A DNA stretch of 64,000 bases from Elusimicrobiota bacterium (GTDB taxonomy: Bacteria; Elusimicrobiota; Endomicrobiia; Endomicrobiales; JBDRNC01). The first letter of the stretch is position 1; every line of letters begins with the position of its first letter. Under the pieces are notes generated by a model. That model had not been told where the DNA came from. It ran no database searches and saw nothing but the letters and a program-made list of their open reading frames with translations. This document shows, piece by piece, positions 9,169 through 17,322 of the stretch. The position numbers and the translations under genes were made by a program. The DNA is taken from contig JBDRNC010000008.1 in assembly GCA_043811535.1 (NCBI GenBank), positions 46,867 to 110,866 on the forward strand, in the 5' to 3' direction.

Positions 9169-9792
9169 ATGAAAATTCTAGCAATCGGCGCGCATCCTGA
9201 CGACCTTGAATACGGCTGCGGGGGAACTCTCGTAAAGCTTTCCCGCCTGGGGCATGAGATACATCTGCTTGTCATGACAAGGGGAGAGATGGGGGGCAAA
9301 CCGGAATTGCGCCAGACAGAACAGGAGAAAGCGGCAAAATTCATCAAAGCGAAGCTTTACTGGGGCAGGTTCCAGGACACGCAAATACCGCTGGAAAAAG
9401 AAACGATAAACACTTTGGAATTTTTCATCAAGAAAATCTGCCCGGATCTTATCTTCTGCCTTTTCCCTAACGATACCCATCAGGACCATAGGATAGTGGC
9501 CCAGGCCACGATAACAGCGACGCGCTATATTCATAACGTGCTGTTCTATGAAGTGCCTACGTCCGTCGATTTCGGGCCGGCCAGCGTTTTTGTGGATATA
9601 GGGTCAGTTATCCAGCAAAAACTTACGCTGCTTAAGATCCACAAATCCCAGGTATTCAAAACGCGCGTAGCCAACCTTACTATTCTGGAAAGCTCAAAGG
9701 CATCCGCGCTGTTCCGCGGATTGCAGAACCGCGTTAAATACGCGGAGGGTTTCGTGCCGCTTAGAGTCAACCTGACAACAAAATGGATATAA
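9169..9792 (+). CDS. PIG-L family deacetylase
   Basis: AIGAHPDDLE and DTHQDH motifs; start moved past the repeat-derived N-terminus. Confidence 0.9.
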   Translation: MKILAIGAHPDDLEYGCGGTLVKLSRLGHEIHLLVMTRGEMGGKPELRQTEQEKAAKFIKAKLYWGRFQDTQIPLEKETINTLEFFIKKICPDLIFCLFPNDTHQDHRIVAQATITATRYIHNVLFYEVPTSVDFGPASVFVDIGSVIQQKLTLLKIHKSQVFKTRVANLTILESSKASALFRGLQNRVKYAEGFVPLRVNLTTKWI

Positions 9793-9795
9793 TAA

Positions 9796-9876
9796 CATTC
9801 CCGCATCGGTCCGCCGCGGCGGACGGGAATGGGAAATTTCAAAATCCCCCTGTATCCCCCTTTAGAAAAGGGGGAG
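9796..9876. repeat. Hairpin with nested CCGCCGCGGCGG, plus AAATCCCCCTGTATCCCCCTTT...AAAGGGGG element
   Basis: Second part also occurs at 17172-17208. Confidence 0.7.
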
Positions 9877-9901
9877 TGAGTATACAAAACGGAGCAACTA
9901 A

Positions 9902-11053
9902 TTGAATTCAAACGGTTCATTGCGTAAAGCATATTACGTTCTCCTTTGCATCCTGCTTGTCATGCTTGTCCAGATGAAAGGCGGAAGGTGGGCCTGGACG
10001 TTCCAGGCGTGGGACCAGACATGGAACATCCGGTGGATATATGTGTTGTTCCTGTCTTTTATCTTTGCCCAGCTGCTTACGCCGGTTGCCATCAGGCTGG
10101 CGTGGTTCTTTAAAATACTTGATTATCCGGACGCAAGGAAATTGCACGGAAAACCGATGCCGAGGATAGGGGGGCTGGCGATATTTTTTGCCGTTATCTT
10201 CGCGACCGCTCGCAATTACCAGTTCTCGCCTGAACTGCTCGGCCTGGTGACCGGCGGTTCAATAATATACATACTGGGATTCATCGACGATATACACCCG
10301 CTTCCGGCGACGCCGCGGCTTATTATCCAGATGCTCGCCTGTTTTGCCGTCATTAAAGGCGGGATAGTAATAACCGCTATCCCGAGTTACTGGCCCTTTG
10401 CCGAATATTTAAGAATTATCGTGACCGTTGTCTGGCTGATAGGGATAGCGAATGCCATCAATTTCCTCGACGGGGTTGACGGCCTTATTTCCGGAATGGT
10501 CGCCATAAGCGCGTTACTTTTCTTTTTTATCGCGTGGCCCACCAGGCAGAGCTACCTTGCCTATCTTGTCATAGCCGTCGCGGGCGCCTGCATCGGATTC
10601 CTGCCGTATAACTGGAAACCGGCCAAAACTTTCATGGGCGACGCCGGCGCCACTTTCCTGGGTTTCATGGTGGCCGGCACGGCTATAATGGGCTCGTGGG
10701 CGCACAAAAACCCGATGGTCGCCATATCTACGCCCCTGCTTATTCTCGGCATACCCATCTTTGACATGATATACACGACCTTTTCAAGGATCAAAAACAG
10801 AAGAATCCATAATTTTAAACAATGGCTGGAATACACGGGCAGGGACCATTTCCATCACCGCTTGATGCATATCGGGCTTTCCGAAAAAAATACCGTGCTT
10901 TTTATCTGGATGCTGAACATCTGCCTCGGCATAGGAGCGGTAGTGATAAGGAACGCCGGGGCAATGAATTCAATATTCGTTCTGATACAATCCGCGATGA
11001 TATTGCTGATTATTACGGTGCTTATGATAGTCGGAAGGGAAACGACAAAATGA
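9902..11053 (+). CDS. WecA/TagO-like undecaprenyl-phosphate GlcNAc-1-phosphate transferase (MraY family)
   Basis: PRIGG, GFIDD, NFLDGVDG, FMGDAG, HFHH motifs. Confidence 0.9.
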   Translation: MNSNGSLRKAYYVLLCILLVMLVQMKGGRWAWTFQAWDQTWNIRWIYVLFLSFIFAQLLTPVAIRLAWFFKILDYPDARKLHGKPMPRIGGLAIFFAVIFATARNYQFSPELLGLVTGGSIIYILGFIDDIHPLPATPRLIIQMLACFAVIKGGIVITAIPSYWPFAEYLRIIVTVVWLIGIANAINFLDGVDGLISGMVAISALLFFFIAWPTRQSYLAYLVIAVAGACIGFLPYNWKPAKTFMGDAGATFLGFMVAGTAIMGSWAHKNPMVAISTPLLILGIPIFDMIYTTFSRIKNRRIHNFKQWLEYTGRDHFHHRLMHIGLSEKNTVLFIWMLNICLGIGAVVIRNAGAMNSIFVLIQSAMILLIITVLMIVGRETTK

Positions 11054-11199
11054 CGCCTCTACACGGCGTCATCCCCGAAGGTTGTAATCGGCGACCAACA
11101 TTAACTTAATTTAATCGAAGTCCCCTTTCAAGGAGGATCCATTTTAACTCAAGAAAGCGAGCAAGTAAAAATCAATTAAATTGACGGAGGATCTGCATA

Positions 11200-11952
11200 A
11201 TGAAGAAAACGGCAAAATTAATCGTGATGATGTTGTTCTTTGCGGGCGCCGCGGAAGCGCGTATCAACATGTTTGAGCCCTGGCACCCGGGGCAGGATTC
11301 AAAGATCCGCAGCGAATTCTCTTTCCAGTACATCGGATCCGTTCTTTTCGGGGATAAACTGCAGGAGATCCCGTTCCAGCTGTCTTACACGGCCGGAAAA
11401 AATATCGAGGTCGGGGGAAGATGGGGAGTGAAGAATTTTGACGGCCATTTCGGCATAAGCGACCTCCTGCTCGGCATGAAGTACGGTTTTCTGGAAGAAA
11501 CTATCAACAAGCCCAGTGTGATAGGCGAGATCGGGTTTTCACTGCCTACCGCCGACCAGAACAACGGGCTCGGGACCGGTTCTGTCGGCCTGCTCCTTAA
11601 CTGGGCCATAGAAAAAAGGATTGAAACTCTGACGGGCTACTTCGGGTTGGGCATGGCGATGTACTCCGAGAACAGCGACAAGGTTCAGTACGGGAATATT
11701 TTTTCATATCACGTAGGCGCAGGCTCACAGTACAATAAACTCTTGCGGATACACATGGAATTCAAGGGTTTCAACCACGGAGCCGCAAAAACCGCGGGCA
11801 TTCAGACTTTGGACAACTACCAGGAAATGTACCTCGCGCCCGGCGCGAATTACAACTGGACAAAACAGAACATGATACTTTCCGGCTCGCTCCTGTTCGG
11901 TCTCACGCCGGAATCGCACAAATTAGGATTTATTATAAGCAGCAACTTTTAG
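11200..11952 (+). CDS. Outer-membrane beta-barrel protein (putative transporter)
   Basis: Signal peptide, amphipathic strands, LPTAD..GLGTG, C-terminal Phe. Confidence 0.65.
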   Translation: MKKTAKLIVMMLFFAGAAEARINMFEPWHPGQDSKIRSEFSFQYIGSVLFGDKLQEIPFQLSYTAGKNIEVGGRWGVKNFDGHFGISDLLLGMKYGFLEETINKPSVIGEIGFSLPTADQNNGLGTGSVGLLLNWAIEKRIETLTGYFGLGMAMYSENSDKVQYGNIFSYHVGAGSQYNKLLRIHMEFKGFNHGAAKTAGIQTLDNYQEMYLAPGANYNWTKQNMILSGSLLFGLTPESHKLGFIISSNF

Positions 11953-11958
11953 TACAAC

Positions 11959-12058
11959 GATTACACCGATTTGAAACGAAGATTACACCGATTATCAACA
12001 ACGATTTCACAGATTATATAAAGACGATTACACCGATAAACAACGAGATTACACTGAT
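11959..12058 (+). repeat. Left arm of GxxExxY element: 5 x GATT[A/T]CACNGAT
   Basis: Units at 11959, 11981, 12003, 12026, 12047. Confidence 0.92.
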
Positions 12059-12073
12059 TAACGACTGGGGGAT

Positions 12074-12448
12074 ATGCAGATGAAGGAAACTGATCTTTTA
12101 ACTGCAAAGATAATTGGCTGTTGTTTTAAAGTTCACAGGGAGATTGGCCCGGGTTTCAATGAAAAAATATATCAAAATGCCCTGACAACTCTTTTCAATA
12201 AAGAGAACATTAATTACATAACGGAAAAGGAATACGAAGTAAAGTACTTAAATGCTAGGATAGGAATATTTCGCGCAGATATAGTAGTTGAAGAGAAGGT
12301 AATAGTAGAGATAAAGGCGGTAACAGGAGATATCACCAAGTTATTTGAAAAACAAGTTATTTCGTATTTAAAGTCGTCGGGGCATAAAATTGGGTTGTTG
12401 ATAAATTTTGGCAATGAAAGCTGTCAGATAAAAAGACTTGTTAGTTAA
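12074..12448 (+). CDS. GxxExxY protein (PD-(D/E)XK nuclease fold)
   Basis: GPGFNEKIY, RADIVVEEKVIVEIK, GLLINFG; visibly AT-richer than its flanks. Confidence 0.93.
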   Translation: MQMKETDLLTAKIIGCCFKVHREIGPGFNEKIYQNALTTLFNKENINYITEKEYEVKYLNARIGIFRADIVVEEKVIVEIKAVTGDITKLFEKQVISYLKSSGHKIGLLINFGNESCQIKRLVS

Positions 12449-12464
12449 TCCGTGTTTTGGTTGT

Positions 12465-12566
12465 ATCTGTGTAATCTGTCGTTAGTAATCTGCGCAATCG
12501 TCGTTCTTGTAATCTGTGTAATCGTAGTTTTTATCTGTGTAATCTTCGTTAGAAATCGGTGTAATC
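12465..12566 (-). repeat. Right arm of GxxExxY element: 5 x ATCNGYGYAATC (inverted)
   Basis: Units at 12465, 12488, 12512, 12533, 12555 are reverse complements of the left-arm unit. Confidence 0.92.
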
Positions 12567-12584
12567 TTTGTTCTAGGAGAGATA

Positions 12585-13883
12585 ATGAAAACATTCGTAC
12601 TGGACACAAACGTTCTGCTGCATGATCCTGAAGCGATGTTTTCGTTTGCTGACAACCGCGTAGTTATCCCTATGATGGTCATTGAAGAACTTGACGGTTT
12701 TAAGCGGGTTAACGATGAACGGGGGAGAAGCGCCCGTCTCATATCGCGCAGGCTCGACGGTCTGCGTTCCAAGGGAAAGATATCGGAAGGCGTGCCGCTG
12801 AAAACCGGCGGAACGTTGAAAATTGAGCTCAGCCATGAAGTAGAACTGCCCAAAGACCTTATCATTTCCAAACCGGACCACAATATACTCAGCATCGCCG
12901 TTTATTTCCAGAAAAAGGGCGATAAAGTATTACTGATAACCAAAGACATCAACCTGCGGATTAAGGCCGAAGCGATCGGCATAGACGCCCAGGATTACGA
13001 AAAGGAGAAAGTAAAATTTGAAGAGTTGTACAGCGGCTGGCGGGAAACAAAGGTTTCTTCCGACCAGATAGACGCGTATTACAAAAAAGGGAAATTGCAG
13101 GTAAACGAGAACTTCTTCCCTAACGAGGGCGTAATCCTGAAGGACGAGAGCGGGACCTCAAAAAGCGCTCTCGCAAAATACAGCAACAAGGACCGCGCGC
13201 TGATACCGCTATTTCATCAGAACGCCATTCCGTGGGGATTAAAACCGATTAACATAGAACAGCGCTTCGCCATAGAGCTGCTGCTCTGCAACGACGTAAA
13301 TCTCGTGACGCTCATAGGCGTCCCCGGGGCCGGAAAAACCCTGCTTGCGCTCGCGTGCGGACTCCACAAAACAATAGAAGAAAAACAGTTCAGGCGGCTT
13401 TTCGTCGCGCGCCCGATAATGCCGATGGGCCGGGACATAGGATACCTCCCGGGCACAAAAGAGGAAAAACTGACGTCGTGGATGGGCGCCATCTACGATA
13501 ATCTGGAGTTCCTTATTGACAGGAACCACATAGACGAAAAAACGGAAGATAAGATACAGTATTTCTTTGAGACCGGAAAAATAGAGATAGAATCGCTTAC
13601 GTTCATAAGGGGACGCTCTCTTCCGAACCAGTACATGATAATTGACGACGCGCAGAACCTGTCGCCGCATGAAGTCAAGACTATCATATCCCGCGCCGGC
13701 GAGGGGACCAAAATAGTGCTGACCGGCGACCCGTTCCAGATAGACAATCCTTACCTGGACGCTTCTTCAAACGGGCTGACCTATATCGTCGAAAGGTTCA
13801 AGGGGCAGGATATATTCGGCCATTTGAGCTTCACGAAAAGCGAGCGCAGCAGGCTTGCCGCTCTTGCTTCTGAACTACTCTGA
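12585..13883 (+). CDS. PIN-PhoH family protein (PhoH2)
   Basis: VLDTNVLLHDP PIN domain; GAGKT, GYLPG, RGRS PhoH motifs. Confidence 0.93.
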   Translation: MKTFVLDTNVLLHDPEAMFSFADNRVVIPMMVIEELDGFKRVNDERGRSARLISRRLDGLRSKGKISEGVPLKTGGTLKIELSHEVELPKDLIISKPDHNILSIAVYFQKKGDKVLLITKDINLRIKAEAIGIDAQDYEKEKVKFEELYSGWRETKVSSDQIDAYYKKGKLQVNENFFPNEGVILKDESGTSKSALAKYSNKDRALIPLFHQNAIPWGLKPINIEQRFAIELLLCNDVNLVTLIGVPGAGKTLLALACGLHKTIEEKQFRRLFVARPIMPMGRDIGYLPGTKEEKLTSWMGAIYDNLEFLIDRNHIDEKTEDKIQYFFETGKIEIESLTFIRGRSLPNQYMIIDDAQNLSPHEVKTIISRAGEGTKIVLTGDPFQIDNPYLDASSNGLTYIVERFKGQDIFGHLSFTKSERSRLAALASELL

Positions 13884-13885
13884 CC

Positions 13886-14761
13886 ATGACAAAGCTTTAC
13901 GCCGACCTTCACGTTCACACGAATTTTTCTGACGGAGGATTTTCGCCGGAGGAGGCGGTGCGCCACGCTAAAAAACTCGGCTTTTCCGCCATAAGCATAA
14001 CCGACCATGATTCCACGGAAGGCGTGCCGGCCGCTCTGAAAGAAGGCAAGATACAGGGAGTTGAAGTTGTTCCCGGAGTGGAACTTTCAACGGAAATGAA
14101 AACTACCGGGGAAAGCGAGATGCACATCCTCGGTTACTTTATCAACTGGGAGAACGCGCAGTTCCAGGAAAGACTGGCAATGTTTCGGAAGTTCAGGCAG
14201 GACAGGGGGAAGAAAATAATAGACAAACTGCTCAAACTGGGATTGAAGTTCGACGAGATACGGCTTTACGAAGCAACCGGGCAGGGCAATATCGGCCGGC
14301 TGCATTTCGCGAAAGCGCTGGTTGAACAGGGTTTTGTGAAAGATATAAGCGGCGCTTTTGAGAAATACCTGGGATTCGGCAAACCCGCCTACGTGCCCAA
14401 ATGGCAGTTGAGGCCGGAAGAAGCCATCAGCATGATACTCAAGATCGGAGGCATTCCGGTCCTCGCTCACCCTCATTACGGCAATTACGCCAATAAAAAC
14501 GTGCTAAAAAGCCTCGTTAGCAGCGGCCTTCAGGGACTTGAGGTCTGGCACAGCAACCACCCGCAGTGGGTGGTTCAGAAATACGAGGAAACGGCGCAGG
14601 AATTCGGCCTTATAGCCACGGGCGGCTCGGACTGCCACGGACAATTCGGAAAGCAGCCGCCCGCGATGGGCAAGGTTAAAATTCCTTATGAAGTTGTGAA
14701 GAAACTGAAACTATTGAAACAAAAAATAGAAGATGACAATCTAAAGATATTGAAGGCGTAA
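13886..14761 (+). CDS. PHP-domain phosphoesterase (YciV/TrpH-like)
   Basis: DLHVHT..SDG, TDHD, AHP, GGSDCHG. Confidence 0.92.
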   Translation: MTKLYADLHVHTNFSDGGFSPEEAVRHAKKLGFSAISITDHDSTEGVPAALKEGKIQGVEVVPGVELSTEMKTTGESEMHILGYFINWENAQFQERLAMFRKFRQDRGKKIIDKLLKLGLKFDEIRLYEATGQGNIGRLHFAKALVEQGFVKDISGAFEKYLGFGKPAYVPKWQLRPEEAISMILKIGGIPVLAHPHYGNYANKNVLKSLVSSGLQGLEVWHSNHPQWVVQKYEETAQEFGLIATGGSDCHGQFGKQPPAMGKVKIPYEVVKKLKLLKQKIEDDNLKILKA

Positions 14762-14773
14762 AAGGGTCCATAA

Positions 14774-14853
14774 GTAGGCGGCACTTAAGTGCCGCAACCT
14801 GTTTTAGATATTCATATCATTAATTTGGCTAAGGGACTTAAGTCCCTTTCTAC
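14774..14853. repeat. Pair of inverted ACTTAAGT-core palindromes bounded by GTAG...CTAC (REPIN-like)
   Basis: gtaggcggcacttaagtgccgc ... aagggacttaagtccctttctac. Confidence 0.75.
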
Positions 14854-14920
14854 TATAACGATATGCTAAAAAATGTCATTCCTGTCCGCCGCGGCGGAGG
14901 GATGACAAATGAGGAATCAT

Positions 14921-15796
14921 ATGAAAACATTATTTTTAATTCTCGAAAGCTTCCGGCCGCGCCAGTGGACGAAAAACCTGATAATTTTCGCCGGCATACT
15001 TTTCTCGCAGAACATCACGGATCTGCGGATGCTTGCAGTCACCGCCGCCGCGTTCCTTGTATTCTGCCTCCTTTCGGGAGCCGTTTATACGATTAACGAC
15101 ATTGTTGACGCCGAAGAGGACAAAAAACACCCGTTAAAATCAAAAAGGCCGGTTGCTTCGGGCAGGCTGAACAAAAACGCGGCGCTCGCAATATCCCTGA
15201 TGATCGCGGCGGCGTCACTGACAGCGTCTTTTTTCTTCGGGCCGGTTTTTCTTTTGATATCGGCGGGATACCTTCTGCTTCAGCTCGCTTATTCGTTCTA
15301 TCTCAAGCAGCTTGTCATAATTGATGTCTTCGCGATAGCCCTGGGCTTCGTGCTGCGCGTCGTGGCCGGAGCGGTGGCGATAGACGTAGAGATCTCGTCA
15401 TGGTTCGTGATCTGCACGATACTGCTATCGCTTTTCCTCGGATTCTCCAAGCGGCGCCACGAGCTTGAAACGCTTGAAGACAACGCGAAAAAACACAGGA
15501 AGGTATTGAACGATTACAGCCAATATCTGCTTGACCAGATGATATCGGTGGTTACGGCGTCCACCGTCATAGCGTACGCGCTCTACACGATAGCCCCGGA
15601 AACAGTAGAGAAATTCGGCACTAACAACCTTATCTTTACAGTTCCGTTCGTGCTTTACGGGATATTTCGCTATCTCTACCTCGTCCACCAGAAAGGCGAG
15701 GGGGGGAGCCCCGAAAACATTCTTGTATCGGATGTTCCTCTGATAATCGACATTCTCCTCTGGGCCGCGACCGCCGCCGCCATACTCTATTTTTAA
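14921..15796 (+). CDS. Decaprenyl-phosphate phosphoribosyltransferase-like (UbiA family)
   Basis: RPRQWTKN, NDIVD..EDKKHP.K..RP, KRRHE motifs. Confidence 0.9.
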   Translation: MKTLFLILESFRPRQWTKNLIIFAGILFSQNITDLRMLAVTAAAFLVFCLLSGAVYTINDIVDAEEDKKHPLKSKRPVASGRLNKNAALAISLMIAAASLTASFFFGPVFLLISAGYLLLQLAYSFYLKQLVIIDVFAIALGFVLRVVAGAVAIDVEISSWFVICTILLSLFLGFSKRRHELETLEDNAKKHRKVLNDYSQYLLDQMISVVTASTVIAYALYTIAPETVEKFGTNNLIFTVPFVLYGIFRYLYLVHQKGEGGSPENILVSDVPLIIDILLWAATAAAILYF

Positions 15797-15941
15797 CATC
15801 CATCCTCCCCTTTGATAATAGGGGGAAGCACAGTGTGCTTCCCCACTGGGATGTTCGTAGATGGGGGTGCCGGAGGAACGAGGTGGGGATGAAAAACTGT
15901 TAAAACCCCACCCTAACCCTCCCCTACAAGCGGGGAGGGAA
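15791..15941. repeat. Composite GC-rich palindromic element, copy 2
   Basis: 101 bp near-identical to 8992-9092; overlaps the stop codon of the UbiA-family gene. Confidence 0.9.
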
Positions 15942-15965
15942 TAAAGGAAAAGGAAAGGATTTCAC

Positions 15966-17006
15966 ATGTCACGTTATTTAATCACCGGCGGAGCAGGATT
16001 TCTCGGAATAAACCTTACACGCTATTTATTGGCGAAAGGGCACCAGGTTACATCGCTTGATATGGCTGATTTTGATTATCCGGATTGCAAGGATAGAATT
16101 AAGGAAATAAAGGGCGATATCTGCGACAGAAGCGCTGTTGACAGGGCGATGGAAGGCGCGGAGATCGTTGTCCATACCGCGGCGGCCCTGCCTCTTTACA
16201 AAAAGAAAGTCATTTTTTCCACCGAAGTTGACGGCACTAAAACCGTAATCGATTCCGCCTTCGCCCATAAAGTACAGCGCTTCGTCCACGTGTCATCCAC
16301 CGCCGTTTACGGCATACCTGACCACCATCCCCTGCTTGAAACCGATAAACTGGACGGCGTTGGGCCATACGGCCAGGCGAAGATAATGGCTGAAGAGGTT
16401 TGCCTGGAATACAGGAAAAAGGGGATGTGCGTGCCTGTCATACGCCCGAAATCATTCATAGGGCCGGAACGTCTGGGGGTTTTCGCTCTGTTTTACGATT
16501 GGGCGAAAGACGGCAGGGGCTTCCCCATGATAGGCAGCGGGAACAACCGTTACCAGCTTCTTGACGTAGAAGACCTGTGCGATGCCATCTACATCACTGC
16601 AACCGGCGACAGGAATAAGGTCAATGACACGTTCAATATAGGCGCCAGAGTTTTTGCTACTATGAAAGAGGATTACCAGGCGGTGCTTGATTACGCCGGT
16701 TTCGGCAAGAAAATTAAGGGATTCCCGGCGTGGCCGATGATATGGACGCTGAGGATTTTGGAAGTTTTCAAACTTTCGCCGCTGTATAAATGGGTGTATG
16801 AAACGGCGTCCAAGGATTCGTTCGTATCAATAGAAAAAGCCGAGAAGGTACTCGGCTTTAATCCGAAATATTCCAACAAGGACGCGCTCGTGCGCAACTA
16901 TAAATGGTATCTTGACAACCTGCCCAAGTTTGAGAACGCGAGCGGCATCTCCCACAGGGTGCCGTGGAAGCAGGGGATTCTCAGATTCGCGAAGGTGTTT
17001 TTCTGA
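15966..17006 (+). CDS. NAD-dependent epimerase/dehydratase
   Basis: TGGAGFLG, SSTAVYG, YGQAK. Confidence 0.92.
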   Translation: MSRYLITGGAGFLGINLTRYLLAKGHQVTSLDMADFDYPDCKDRIKEIKGDICDRSAVDRAMEGAEIVVHTAAALPLYKKKVIFSTEVDGTKTVIDSAFAHKVQRFVHVSSTAVYGIPDHHPLLETDKLDGVGPYGQAKIMAEEVCLEYRKKGMCVPVIRPKSFIGPERLGVFALFYDWAKDGRGFPMIGSGNNRYQLLDVEDLCDAIYITATGDRNKVNDTFNIGARVFATMKEDYQAVLDYAGFGKKIKGFPAWPMIWTLRILEVFKLSPLYKWVYETASKDSFVSIEKAEKVLGFNPKYSNKDALVRNYKWYLDNLPKFENASGISHRVPWKQGILRFAKVFF

Positions 17007-17134
17007 AAAACATTATTATAGGCTCTCCGCCAGGAGAGCTTTAATAATTCATACCGACGAGTGTTGAATAATATTTTCTCATGGAAAATTATTCAACGGT
17101 CTACGAGCCGGTATAGCTAGCAGCAACAGACGTG

Positions 17135-17208
17135 TCCCCTCTTTATCAAAGAGGGGAAAGGGGAGATTTCCAAAATCCCCCTGTACCCCCCTTTAATAAG
17201 GGGCAAGT
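17135..17208. repeat. CCCCTCTTT/AAAGAGGGG double-hairpin element
   Basis: Two hairpins; related to 9841-9876. Confidence 0.7.
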
Positions 17209-17322
17209 GATTTCGGTTCTGAATCAATCCCGCTTTGAGATAAAGAGACTTCTTGAATATCTAATTGGTTTATGATAGCATATTTTATAAGTATCGCGTA
17301 AATTTATCCTAAACGGAGCGGA

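Noticed and set aside
11959-12566. GATTACAC arrays as a CRISPR array
   Set aside because: Repeats are 12 nt and linkers about 10 nt and mutually similar; the arms are inverted and no cas genes are present.
12482-12895. Reverse ORF ending in DYTD repeats, and ORFs 53438-53686, 38506-38730, 57801-57989
   Set aside because: These are translations of repeat arrays or antisense shadows of real genes.
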